Source: Thermoproteota archaeon (GTDB taxonomy: Archaea > Korarchaeota > Korarchaeia > Korarchaeales > Korarchaeaceae). Taken from it: a DNA stretch of 64,000 nucleotides. The stretch lies in contig JAOZFI010000006.1 of assembly GCA_027491395.1 (NCBI GenBank), positions 64,001 to 128,000 of the forward strand, read 5' to 3'. The notes under the pieces are model-generated. The model saw only the letters and a program-made list of their open reading frames with translations. It made no database searches and was not told the origin of the DNA. Below are positions 49,600 to 59,348 of this stretch, one piece after another (the first letter of the stretch is position 1; each line of letters starts with the position of its first letter). The position numbers were made by a program, and so were the translations under genes.

Positions 49600-49852
49600 A
49601 GTAAGCCCCCGCACCGGCTCTAGCAGGCCTCCTCTCGACGGCCTCCTCCTTTACTATGAGCCTCTTGCCCTCGAACTCGAGCTCGAGGGTCTCCCCAGCA
49701 AGAGCACCGGGCTTCACGCTCACCTCAATGGGCTGCTCGTCTCTCATGGGGTAAAAGATCTTCCAGACGTTGGCCTTGAGTCCAGGCCTCTTCTCCTCAA
49801 GGAATTCAAGTATCCGGTCCGTCATGGGAACTCCAACCCTTCTCGTTACCAT
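49598..49852 (-). CDS. Small hypothetical protein (84 aa)
   Basis: Strong SD GAGGTGA before ATG 49852; codons mostly end in G/C. Confidence 0.75.
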   Translation of the reverse strand: MVTRRVGVPMTDRILEFLEEKRPGLKANVWKIFYPMRDEQPIEVSVKPGALAGETLELEFEGKRLIVKEEAVERRPARAGAGAY

Positions 49853-49950
49853 ATTGCTCACCTCTCGCACTGCCCGTTATGGGGCCAGTCTACTCCCTCG
49901 TGCTACTGTCCATTTAAAAATATAACTGCGAGAGTTATCCTGTCGGACAG

Positions 49951-50865
49951 GTGGTTTCCCTGAGCGGTCTAGAGGGTAGTATTGTCCCGTATAGCTTCCT
50001 AGGAATTCAGGAGAGCTACGAGGATTCGAGTTATGTTATAGTGGGCGTCCCTTATGATGCGACCTCATCTTGGATGCCCGGTTCCAGAGCAGGACCCCTA
50101 GCCATAATCGAGGCATCTCGCTATATGGACCCTTACGACATGGAGCTGGGATGCATACCAGCTGAAGCTGGTCTGCACACCATTCCAGAGCTCTCAGTGA
50201 TGGAATCAACCCCAGAATCCATGGTGAGCACAGTTAGAGGGGCGGTAGGCAGGGTGATCGATGATGAGAAAGTCCCCATTTTACTAGGAGGAGAACATAC
50301 CCTGAGCTTAGGAGCCATACAGGGGGTTAAGGATAGGATCGAGGTTTATGTGACACTAGATGCTCACGCAGACTTTTACGACGAGTACGAGGGGCGAAGA
50401 ATATCTCACGCAACAGTCTCTAAGAGGATCAGCGAACTCGTAGGGGATGTAATCATTTACGGGGTAAGGACCTTAGGATGGGAGGAGAGGGAGGAACTAG
50501 ACTCCTTAGACAATGTAACCCTAATCCCTCTACTCGCTCGTGATGGTGAAGCTATGGGTGCACTCCTCAGAGGGATAGAAGGGAAAAATGTGTATCTGAG
50601 CGTGGATGTGGATGTGCTCGACCCATCTGCACTTCCATGCTTGGGAACACCGGAGCCCGGGGGGATGAGCTATAGAGACGTAGTAATGGTCCTCAGGGAG
50701 GTCTTCAGGAGGGCGAATGTCGTGGCGATGGACTTCGTAGAATTCTCCCCGTGCCCGGGCATGAGGTCCGATGCTTACACCGTGGCTAGGTTAGTCTACA
50801 AGTCCATAGGATATCATGTCCTTTACTCTGGGAAGCAGAACCTCAGATGCAGCGCCGATGAGTAG
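49951..50865 (+). CDS. speB: Agmatinase (ureohydrolase)
   Basis: PGSRAGP, GGEH, DAHAD, SHAT, DVDVLD, GTPEPGG. Confidence 0.92.
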   Translation: MVSLSGLEGSIVPYSFLGIQESYEDSSYVIVGVPYDATSSWMPGSRAGPLAIIEASRYMDPYDMELGCIPAEAGLHTIPELSVMESTPESMVSTVRGAVGRVIDDEKVPILLGGEHTLSLGAIQGVKDRIEVYVTLDAHADFYDEYEGRRISHATVSKRISELVGDVIIYGVRTLGWEEREELDSLDNVTLIPLLARDGEAMGALLRGIEGKNVYLSVDVDVLDPSALPCLGTPEPGGMSYRDVVMVLREVFRRANVVAMDFVEFSPCPGMRSDAYTVARLVYKSIGYHVLYSGKQNLRCSADE

Positions 50866-51348
50866 GATCTCTATCCACGCCTTTATTAGAATCCCATAGA
50901 TCACCGCGTCGGTGATCCATCCCGATACTTGGGGGGCTATCACCGGGATCCACAGCTTGAAGCTGGCCCATGTGAAGAGGGACTCTGGGATATACCCCAC
51001 CAATAGGGCTAGGAGTGGGTGACTCGTTTTCTTGGCTAGTAGTCCAGTGAACAGACCAGTCAGGGCCTTCCCCGGGAATATCAGGGATCCAGCTAAAGGT
51101 CCCAACCCACCTAGCAGTCCGAATCTGACGAAGGGCACTAGGGAGATTGTTGCCCCCACTAGGGTAGCTTCAGCGGGGCCTAGCATATAGGCAGAAAATA
51201 CGGTAGCGATATGCGATAAGTCCACCGCTATCTGAGGATGTAAATTACCTAAAACCGTCGAAAATAGGGCAAGCACGTTCCCTAAAGCTCCAAACATCGA
51301 TACAGCGGCTATTCTCTTACTCGTATCATGGACCGCCAAGGTAGCCAC
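50791..51348 (-). CDS. ECF transporter S-component-like membrane protein
   Basis: About six TM helices; A...AL first helix; DLSHIA..F...LGP. Confidence 0.65.
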   Translation of the reverse strand: MATLAVHDTSKRIAAVSMFGALGNVLALFSTVLGNLHPQIAVDLSHIATVFSAYMLGPAEATLVGATISLVPFVRFGLLGGLGPLAGSLIFPGKALTGLFTGLLAKKTSHPLLALLVGYIPESLFTWASFKLWIPVIAPQVSGWITDAVIYGILIKAWIEILLIGAASEVLLPRVKDMISYGLVD

Positions 51349-51393
51349 CGGTGCGGCTATATTTTCAAAAATAAAAATATTTCTAAAATGAAA

Positions 51394-52500
51394 TCACCCC
51401 GCTACCTCTAACTCCGGGGCCCGGACTATCGCTCTAACGAGTTCTCGGAGTCCTTCCCCACTCTTAGCCGATACTGGGATTATGGGGACTCCATCACCTA
51501 GCATTTCCCTAATGACTTCCTCTCTCTCATCGTACTCGTAGTCCTCTAGCCTGTCCACCTTGTTAGCAGCTACCACAAAAGTCTCCCTTCCTTTACCTAG
51601 TTCAGATAGAATCTTCAGACTCTCAGCGAGCTTGACCCTCATGAGGTCCAGCTTGTCGGATACGTCCACCACCAGCACCTGCTTATGGGAATGAGTTATG
51701 TCCAAGAGGTTCAACTGGAAGGAAGCTATCAGTCGCGGGTCCAGATCTAGAACGAACCCTATGGTATCCACTAAATATGTATTCTCTCCCTCTATTCCCC
51801 CGTACTTGGACGACAGGGTGGTGAAGGGCATGTCGCTGACGGGCTTCTCGAATCCCGTCAAAGCATTGAATAAGCTCGTCTTCCCCGCGTTGTAGTAGCC
51901 GGTCAATACGGCGATCCTCGCCCCTCCCTCGATCCTCTTCATTATTTCGAGCTCCTTCTGCCTGCTGAGCTTGTCTATCTTCCTCCTCAAGATCTTCATC
52001 CTCTTCTGTATGGCCCTGATCTGCTTGTGGTAGGCGTACTCACCTCCTCCCCTGAAACCTGCCCTCATCTTCTTGTACTTTATCGATGCCGACAGCTTTA
52101 CGTAGGGGAATGCCTTCTCTAGGGTGGCTAGCTCTATCTGGAGCTTCGATAGTATGTCACTGGCGGCCTCTCTGAATATCATCAGGGTGACATCGTACCT
52201 GTCTATGACCTCAACGCCCAGTTTCCTCTCCAAATTCCACTTCTGCTTGCTGGTTAGGGTGTTGTAGATCACAAATACGTCAGGATCTATCCTCTTGATC
52301 CTTTCACGTATCTCCTCGACCTTTCCCTTCCCGAATACATAGTCCACGGTCTCCTTGGGTCTCACCTGAATTATTCTCTCCACTATACTGTAACCGAGAG
52401 CCCTAAGTAGGGACTCCAGCTCACCTATCCTTATCTTGTACATGTGATGGTCGTGGACGTTAGTCTTGACCATTCCCGTTACGGCCCTGTATCCGGCCAC
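51394..52500 (-). CDS. hflX: GTPase HflX
   Basis: GKGKVEE, LQIELA, GYYNAGKTS, FTTL, DTIGF, NKVD, SAK. Confidence 0.92.
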   Translation of the reverse strand: MAGYRAVTGMVKTNVHDHHMYKIRIGELESLLRALGYSIVERIIQVRPKETVDYVFGKGKVEEIRERIKRIDPDVFVIYNTLTSKQKWNLERKLGVEVIDRYDVTLMIFREAASDILSKLQIELATLEKAFPYVKLSASIKYKKMRAGFRGGGEYAYHKQIRAIQKRMKILRRKIDKLSRQKELEIMKRIEGGARIAVLTGYYNAGKTSLFNALTGFEKPVSDMPFTTLSSKYGGIEGENTYLVDTIGFVLDLDPRLIASFQLNLLDITHSHKQVLVVDVSDKLDLMRVKLAESLKILSELGKGRETFVVAANKVDRLEDYEYDEREEVIREMLGDGVPIIPVSAKSGEGLRELVRAIVRAPELEVAG

Positions 52501-52563
52501 CTACTCTTTCCTCCCCTCTCTGTGCATCTTGGTATCGAGTAAATAAACTGTTCGCTCTCGAGG

Positions 52564-53889
52564 CTACAGGTATGGGTTACGAGGTCTCTCTGTAAGCTCC
52601 TTCGGACCCTTAACAGTGGCATCTATTATCATCTTGCCTTGAGGGAGCTTGATGAGTCTCTTTTCGCCATTCAATTCTATCTCCCTCAGGTTGCTGTGAT
52701 CTAGGGAGGACCCCTTAATCCCGGAGATCACCTTGAAATCGTCTGGTATGTGCGCCCTCTGCAGCACGGCCCTCATGACCTCAACGTAGTCCGATACATC
52801 CACATCATCATCGACCACGATGACCCTCTTCAGGCTTTTATGAGCCGCAATGGCCATCAACCCCGCTAAGGCAGGCTGATCAGGAGAGCTCTTCCTTATG
52901 GAAATCGCAGCCTCGATCCATCCGGCTCCACCGGGGGTAATGGCCACATCCACCACATCCGCCACCTCGGAGACCCTGTCCTCGATGAGCGGTTCCACAG
53001 GAAGGCCCATCAGGAGCTGATGCTCACTCCCAGCTGGAAGTATCGCTTGGTAGAATCCATCAGGCCTCGTATAGATTTCCTCCACTTCAAAGACCGGCTG
53101 CTGTCTAACGATGTCCTTTCCCAATATCTCGTAGAAGGGACCCTCGGGAGCCCTCTTCTTGGCCAGAATCTTTCCACAGATGACTATCTCTGATCTGGAG
53201 GGGGCCCGCGCTTCAACCTCTTCGCATTGGGAAATGCTTACGGGCTCTCCAGCTATCCCCCCAGCCAATGCTATTTTGTCTATGCTCTCCGCTGGCACCG
53301 CCGAGGCCAGCATTACCTCAAGAGGGCTTCCAATGGAGATCGCCGCCGGTAAGTCCTCACCCTTCTCCGAAAATCTCTCTATGGTTCTGCTGAGCTTTCT
53401 GCCCTCAACAGCCCTCAAAACGAGCTTTTTATCTCCGATAGGCATCATCCTGTGGTAAGATGATGAGAAGAGACCATCTTCATCCTTGAATACGACAATA
53501 GAGGCCGTCATGTAAGGACCGGGTTCACCTGTGTAGTGCTTCAGTATGGGAAGCTCTGATAGGGTTATACCTGCCCTAACCCATTCAGGATCCCCTTCCA
53601 CTGGTGGGATGGGATTCTTGAGGGCCCTCCTTATCCTGCCTCTCATCTCCCTCATATCAGAGATTTTGAAGGAAGTAAGGAGGGTCTCCCTTGACGTCGC
53701 CACACCACCCACTACCCGGAAAGCGCTCCTTCTCCCATCAACTAACAGAGGATTTTTGAAGAGGACCGCCTTCCTGCCATCCCATTTCTTCAGGTGAGCT
53801 GCCATCTCATACTCTACGGAGGTTTCCTTGTCGATTATGTGCAGAAGATCTCTTTCCTCCAGTCTTTTCAAGGCAAGCCTGAGATCCAT
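52564..53889 (-). CDS. UbiD-family prFMN decarboxylase (candidate anhydromevalonate-phosphate decarboxylase)
   Basis: GPYMTAS, SYHRM, EGPF, EHQLLMG, VVDDDVD, SSLD, IDAT. Confidence 0.85.
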   Translation of the reverse strand: MDLRLALKRLEERDLLHIIDKETSVEYEMAAHLKKWDGRKAVLFKNPLLVDGRRSAFRVVGGVATSRETLLTSFKISDMREMRGRIRRALKNPIPPVEGDPEWVRAGITLSELPILKHYTGEPGPYMTASIVVFKDEDGLFSSSYHRMMPIGDKKLVLRAVEGRKLSRTIERFSEKGEDLPAAISIGSPLEVMLASAVPAESIDKIALAGGIAGEPVSISQCEEVEARAPSRSEIVICGKILAKKRAPEGPFYEILGKDIVRQQPVFEVEEIYTRPDGFYQAILPAGSEHQLLMGLPVEPLIEDRVSEVADVVDVAITPGGAGWIEAAISIRKSSPDQPALAGLMAIAAHKSLKRVIVVDDDVDVSDYVEVMRAVLQRAHIPDDFKVISGIKGSSLDHSNLREIELNGEKRLIKLPQGKMIIDATVKGPKELTERPRNPYL

Positions 53890-53960
53890 AAGCCTCCCCC
53901 TACCCGACCCTAACATCTTTTTATTCCCTACTCCGGATTCCCACCGAGGTGTCCTTCCCC

Positions 53961-55259
53961 ATGTGGAAATTCGGTGAAAAGACTCACTTCATAAGAGAGC
54001 TCCGAGATCTTCCTGAGGGAGAACGCGTTAGGATAGCGGGCTGGGTGTACAGAAAGAGCGAGCTGGGAGGCGTGGTGTTCATACGACTTCGAGACTCCAC
54101 AGGTGTTGTCCAAGTGGTGGTGAAAGAGGGAGAAGTTGGGCAAGACGATCTAGAGCGCGCCAGGAGCGCGGGCATCGAGGCATCCTTGGTTGTGGAGGGC
54201 AAGGTGAAGAGGGATCCGAGGTCCCCCACGGGGGTCGAACTTCTAGCCTCCAGCATCAAGATAGTCGGCTCCTCTCACGACTTCCCGATAAAACCTGACT
54301 CTGGTGAGGAGTTCCTGCTAGATAACAGGCATCTCCATCTCAGGACTACTAAAATGAGGAACGCCCTTTTGATCAGAAGGGAGGTCATGAGAGCCGTTGA
54401 GGAGTGGTTCATAACCAACGGCTTCGTCAGGGTTGAGGGCCCGACCTTCGTGGGAGCTGCGGTTGAAGGAGGGGCCACACTGTTCGAGGTACCTTACTTC
54501 AACAGGAAGGCATATTTAACCCAAAGCTCTCAATTCTACCTAGAGGCCGCCATATTCGCGTTCGAGAACGTGTATACAGTACAGCCTAGCTTCAGAGCAG
54601 AGAAGTCCAGAACTAGGAGGCATCTGACCGAGTTCTGGCACGCCGAGGCGGAGATGGCTTGGGCCGATCTCAAGGGCATGATGGATGTGGTCGAATCACT
54701 GCTCAAATATGTCTCCCAGAAGGTGGTGGAGAGAGCTGGTCATGTGTTAGAAGCCCTAGGCAGGAGATTCGAACCTTTGGAAGGAAACTTCCCGAGAATC
54801 ACGTACGATGAGGCATTGGACATAGCCAAAAGAAAGGGCGCATCCATAGAATGGGGGGAGGATTTCGGGACCGAGGTGGAGAGGGCCATCTCGCTCGAAT
54901 TCGATCTACCTGTATTCGTGACCCACTATCCGAAGCAGGCCAAGGCCTTCTACCACAAACCAGATCCTGAGAGGCCTGAAGTGGTCCTCTGCGCTGACCT
55001 ATTGGCACCAGAGGGAATAGGTGAAATAGTGGGAGGAGGTCAGAGGATAGAATCCGAGGAAGAGCTCCTCAAGAGGATTAGAGAGGAGGGGTTGAATCCT
55101 TCAGACTACAAATGGTACATAGACCTCAGGAAGTACGGCAGCGTACCTCACTCTGGCTTCGGCCTAGGAATAGAGAGGACGATAAGGTGGATAGCCGGCC
55201 TACCACACATAAGGGATGCGATACCCTTCCCGAGGACTCCGACAAGGCTCTATCCCTGA
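53961..55259 (+). CDS. asnS: Asparaginyl-tRNA synthetase
   Basis: OB fold, LTQSSQFYLE, FRAEKSRTRRHLTEFW, EIVGGGQR, YGSVPHSGFGLGIER. Confidence 0.9.
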   Translation: MWKFGEKTHFIRELRDLPEGERVRIAGWVYRKSELGGVVFIRLRDSTGVVQVVVKEGEVGQDDLERARSAGIEASLVVEGKVKRDPRSPTGVELLASSIKIVGSSHDFPIKPDSGEEFLLDNRHLHLRTTKMRNALLIRREVMRAVEEWFITNGFVRVEGPTFVGAAVEGGATLFEVPYFNRKAYLTQSSQFYLEAAIFAFENVYTVQPSFRAEKSRTRRHLTEFWHAEAEMAWADLKGMMDVVESLLKYVSQKVVERAGHVLEALGRRFEPLEGNFPRITYDEALDIAKRKGASIEWGEDFGTEVERAISLEFDLPVFVTHYPKQAKAFYHKPDPERPEVVLCADLLAPEGIGEIVGGGQRIESEEELLKRIREEGLNPSDYKWYIDLRKYGSVPHSGFGLGIERTIRWIAGLPHIRDAIPFPRTPTRLYP

Positions 55260-55918
55260 TCCTCCACATCCTCCAACTTCGCCTCTTTCACCCGCTTGAA
55301 AGGCGTGTTCAGGACCTCTTGGAGTTTCCTAGCCTTGGCCTCGCCCACCACCCTCCTCAACCTATGGAAATCAGCACTAAAAACGTCTCTTAGCGTTCCA
55401 AACTCGTTTAACAACTTCTCGGCTGATTTAGGACCTATAGAGGGAAAGCTCACGAGGATCGCGTAGGCCTCCTCCCAAGACTTCGGCTTCCTCCTCTTTT
55501 TGACGGGTATTATAGAGGGTCTGTCCCCCTCAACCTTCTTGGATAGGTAGGCCAGAAACTTAGCCGTATCCTCGGGGGATGTGACGTGGATGACTGAGAC
55601 GCCTCTCAGGGCTAAGGAGGAGAGAGCCCCCAAGTAATGAGGGACAGCATTTCGTCTGATATGGAAATAGGGCTCCTCTATGACTATTACGATGATCTCA
55701 CAGTTAGTTCTCATTTGCTCAACCTGATCGAATAGTCTACCGTCGTAGATGGACTTGATGAAATCGTTCAGTGATTTTCTTTCGACGCAGACGTTGGTGC
55801 CAATCAGATAATCCGATACCTCTATTCTCCTCCTCTCAACGACCACCCCTTGCTTTCTAAGCAGTTTCTCTATTAGTTCTGGCTCTCTATCATCCATGAT
55901 TATCCTCAATGTCCTCAC
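55250..55918 (-). CDS. xpf: XPF/ERCC4 3'-flap endonuclease (short form, no helicase domain)
   Basis: DDRE, SDY, VERKSLND, GRLFDQ, (HhH)2. Confidence 0.92.
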   Translation of the reverse strand: MRTLRIIMDDREPELIEKLLRKQGVVVERRRIEVSDYLIGTNVCVERKSLNDFIKSIYDGRLFDQVEQMRTNCEIIVIVIEEPYFHIRRNAVPHYLGALSSLALRGVSVIHVTSPEDTAKFLAYLSKKVEGDRPSIIPVKKRRKPKSWEEAYAILVSFPSIGPKSAEKLLNEFGTLRDVFSADFHRLRRVVGEAKARKLQEVLNTPFKRVKEAKLEDVEDQG

Positions 55919-57602
55919 CGCTGAGCCATACGCCCCTTATCTCCTTAATTAGTTCCCTACTCTCCTCAGCTGAGTCAGAGCCCTCCAGCTCATCTAATAC
56001 CATCCTAACGGCACCGCTCTCCAAGTAGGTGGCCCTTCCCCTGACTATCACTTCCCGACCTATCATCTCTCTCGCTATTTTATCAGTTGGTACGGAGTGA
56101 GAGGGCTCCCCCAACTCATCAGCTGCCTTTATCACATCCTCAGTGCTCATTCCCAGTATCCTCTCGGCCCTGTCCCTGAAGGCCACGACCCTTGCTATTC
56201 CCGTCCCATCATCTATTGTGAATGTGAGGTAGAGCAGCGGGGTGGCTCTCTCCAACTCACCGCAATTGGGACAGTGAAATCTACCATACTCAAACTCTAC
56301 ACGCGCACCGCAGTTAGGACAGTGCCAAGTCACTCTAGCAGTGTCGGAGAACGAGATGATTGTCCCCCTGAACTCCCTTAGGCCATCAGATGATTCGCCT
56401 ATCCACATCCTCCTATACTTTATCCTCTTAGCTGCCTTTTCCAGTTTGGGAGGAATTGGCTGCGCAATCTTCTCGAGAATTTCAACCGTTCCGGATCTAC
56501 TGAGGACGACTATTCCATCATTGTCAGTGTATACTGGCCCAAACCTGAGCCTAAAGGGAGGGGCCTCCTCGGCCAGCAGGTCAGCCCAATCTCCCCATAC
56601 TCTGAGGATCTCTAAAGAACCATCGACCTCGACCAGTAAGTCGAGGAATTTCCTACCCTTGGTTCCTATCTCCTCCAAGGGGAATGAGAAGAGAACCGTG
56701 CCCTCCAGCATTCCGCTGCTACCCTCTTCTGACACTTCCAATTTAGTGAGCGGCGTGGAGTGAAGCTCTAGTGAGTCGTCCCTCATGACTACTCTAGCAC
56801 CTGTGAGAATAACGGTAGATCCCTCCACGATCCCATCCGTCAGGGAGGCCTTATCTCCCCAGAGAACAACCCTAACCATATCTCCTTCCTCATCCCTTAG
56901 TAAGAAGGAACTCCTCCTCCCGATACTACCATCGCTTCTGGTGAATTCTGAGACAGGATAGACCCTAACAACCGTCCCCTTGAAATCAACAACATCACCA
57001 TCTTTATCGTAGAGCTCCCTCACCTTCAGGATTTTCCTCTCCTCTACTGGAAGATCCTCATAACCGCCGGGTAGGACCTCTATATCTGACCCGGAATCGA
57101 GATGCAGGGCCACCCTACCGAACCTCTCCGAGACCCGCGCGTTAGTCACCTTGATAACATCGCCCTCCCCTATCTCCCCTTTACGTATCCTGTCGACCAA
57201 GCTCTTTGACCAAACGATGACATCTATATGCCCGGTCTCATCTGCCAGTTTGAACTCCGCCCTCTCAGATGGCTCTCCTCTTCTGTTGATGTAGCTGAGT
57301 ATACCGTACATTCTCACTATCTTTCCTTGGACGGTGGCTTTCCTCATACCGGGAACTAGCTTGCTGATCTTGATTGTTGGGTAGTGGACCTGCTCGTCTT
57401 TGGTTACTTGACCCACATCGAGCTCAACGGCTATGAGGGAGAGGGCACCATCGGGCTTAACGAGACCCTTCATCTCCTCCACGTACTTCCTTACCCTCTC
57501 CAGCACCTCTTCCACTGTAAGGCCTGCCTTGGAAGCCACTAACCTCACTTTCTCCATGAACTCCTCGTCAAAGCCCTCATCGCGTCCAGCATCCAACCTC
57601 AA
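55890..57602 (-). CDS. rpa: Replication protein A (multi-OB fold with Zn finger)
   Basis: Repeated DETG/DEEG/DDGTG..W OB motifs; CPNC..CPNC. Confidence 0.87.
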   Translation of the reverse strand: MRLDAGRDEGFDEEFMEKVRLVASKAGLTVEEVLERVRKYVEEMKGLVKPDGALSLIAVELDVGQVTKDEQVHYPTIKISKLVPGMRKATVQGKIVRMYGILSYINRRGEPSERAEFKLADETGHIDVIVWSKSLVDRIRKGEIGEGDVIKVTNARVSERFGRVALHLDSGSDIEVLPGGYEDLPVEERKILKVRELYDKDGDVVDFKGTVVRVYPVSEFTRSDGSIGRRSSFLLRDEEGDMVRVVLWGDKASLTDGIVEGSTVILTGARVVMRDDSLELHSTPLTKLEVSEEGSSGMLEGTVLFSFPLEEIGTKGRKFLDLLVEVDGSLEILRVWGDWADLLAEEAPPFRLRFGPVYTDNDGIVVLSRSGTVEILEKIAQPIPPKLEKAAKRIKYRRMWIGESSDGLREFRGTIISFSDTARVTWHCPNCGARVEFEYGRFHCPNCGELERATPLLYLTFTIDDGTGIARVVAFRDRAERILGMSTEDVIKAADELGEPSHSVPTDKIAREMIGREVIVRGRATYLESGAVRMVLDELEGSDSAEESRELIKEIRGVWLSGEDIEDNHG

Positions 57603-58639
57603 ACACCCGAGCTCTCCACCTCAACAATCGACGGTCTATCTAACCCACCCTCCACTCTAAACTTAACCGGTAGGAATTTCTCCACCAGCCATATATTACT
57701 TTCAGCATGCAGGGTCAACCTTGAGATGCCTATTCTCGACCTTCCCGAGGCTATTGCCAAGTAGGGGATTATCATATCACCTGAATGATTGTCAAAAGCC
57801 ATCCCGGTATCTAACTCCTCCAGCAACTTGGTTGCAGCGTTCTTCCCGACTGCCTCACTCGGCTTACCCCTCTCTCCAAGATCGTCAGCGCCTATAACTG
57901 GCTTACTTTCGGTCCAGAGGACTATGCCGGCACCCGGACCGAGATGCCTGTCTTGAGACCAATCCTCCTCTATGAACACCTTGAACCCCTTGCCCTCCAA
58001 TAACTCGCTCGCTGCCCTGATCATCCTCTTCGTGATATGATTAGGTAGCTTGACCGCGTGCGCTCTTCCTCTGATTAGAGAGATGTCATCCCTCTTCACC
58101 CTACTGAGACCTGAGAGGTCCGATGGCCACACCCTCAGCTCCACCAGTCCGCCGCCCTTTGGATAGTGGCCCCTCCTGATCAGTCTAATTTCTGCATGAG
58201 CTCCCATCATGGTGAGATTCGGGAGAAAGACCTCTCTCATATAGTCGATGGGAGGTGCCATGGGGACATCCGTTCCCCCCCTAATGAGGAACCTCACATC
58301 ACTGTCAGATGTCAGGCAAGCTGGCAACAACGCTTGAATCACGAGAGTCACGCTTCCAGCTGTACCTATGTCTACCTCAAATGATCCCCCTCTCTTATTC
58401 TTGGGTACGAAGAGCACTCTAGTGGAACCCACCCTAGCTCCTTCCACGTGAGCTTCCGTTAGCTTAGCGAGGGCCATCACGGCATTGAGATGCTGCGGTC
58501 TGAGGCCTGGTTTCTTCCTCTTGGCCCTTATATTGTACACCTCAACAGGCTTGAGCGTGACGGCAGACAGGGATAAGGCGTATCTTAGTATGGATCCCCC
58601 ACCTTCTCCGTAACTTCCATCTATCCTTATCAGCTCCAT
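57599..58639 (-). CDS. rtcA: RNA 3'-terminal phosphate cyclase
   Basis: DGSYGEGGG, PGLRPQH, TAGS, GGTDV, RRGHYPKGGG, TLHAESN. Confidence 0.95.
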   Translation of the reverse strand: MELIRIDGSYGEGGGSILRYALSLSAVTLKPVEVYNIRAKRKKPGLRPQHLNAVMALAKLTEAHVEGARVGSTRVLFVPKNKRGGSFEVDIGTAGSVTLVIQALLPACLTSDSDVRFLIRGGTDVPMAPPIDYMREVFLPNLTMMGAHAEIRLIRRGHYPKGGGLVELRVWPSDLSGLSRVKRDDISLIRGRAHAVKLPNHITKRMIRAASELLEGKGFKVFIEEDWSQDRHLGPGAGIVLWTESKPVIGADDLGERGKPSEAVGKNAATKLLEELDTGMAFDNHSGDMIIPYLAIASGRSRIGISRLTLHAESNIWLVEKFLPVKFRVEGGLDRPSIVEVESSGV

Positions 58640-58706
58640 ACAGATGGGAAGGCCCTGTGTTCCCCTTTAAATAGCATTCCCTAGTCCTTTAGATCGGTGA
58701 AAGGGG

Positions 58707-59348
58707 ATGGCGGGGACGAAGATTAAGTTCGTCATAGAGGAGGTGGACGGTAGATACGTGGGAATTGGAGTTGGTGGAAGGGAGCTCTACTGCAATACGA
58801 TCCCCCTCCCCTCCAAAGAGGAGGCAGAGGCCGACCTGAGAGCTACCTGCTACTCGGCGTGGGGGGATTCATTGGATCTAGTGCCAGAGTATCACATACC
58901 CTCAGCTTACGGATTGGCCCTCCTTATAAGTAAGCTGTTCTCCGGCGAGAGTACAGATCTCTCCGGAATCAGACTGGCCCGCCATCCCCGGGACAAATTT
59001 TGGAACGCTATCTTGCTGATGAGCTCAATACCGAGGGGCATGGTAACAACCTACGGGGAGCTGGCGAGGGCCTTGGGCACGTCGCCGAGGGCCGCTGGAA
59101 ACTATGCCTCTCGAAACCCGTTTCCGCTCATAGTTCCCTGCCACAGGGTGATAAGGAGCGACATGAGGATAGGGGGCTACAGCTACGGTCCCATACTTAA
59201 AGCATCACTGTTAATTGCAGAAGGTGTGAAGGTGGACTTCGACACAGGTAAGGTAGATCCCTCAAGGGTGATCAGATCCGAGGATTTACTGTCCCTTAAG
59301 GAGGTGCAGGGAATTGTCAGTTACCACCAAACACGTCTTCGCATCTGA
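58707..59348 (+). CDS. ogt: O6-alkylguanine-DNA alkyltransferase
   Basis: IPRG..TYGELA, RAAG, NP..LIVPCHRV. Confidence 0.92.
   Translation: MAGTKIKFVIEEVDGRYVGIGVGGRELYCNTIPLPSKEEAEADLRATCYSAWGDSLDLVPEYHIPSAYGLALLISKLFSGESTDLSGIRLARHPRDKFWNAILLMSSIPRGMVTTYGELARALGTSPRAAGNYASRNPFPLIVPCHRVIRSDMRIGGYSYGPILKASLLIAEGVKVDFDTGKVDPSRVIRSEDLLSLKEVQGIVSYHQTRLRI

Noticed and set aside
52501-52527. In-frame mini-ORF MHREGRKE-TAG directly before the hflX GTG (leader peptide or amber read-through?)
   Set aside because: The TATA at 52540-52547 predicts a TSS downstream of that ATG, the segment is simply the purine-rich SD region, and no pyrrolysine genes are seen in the window.
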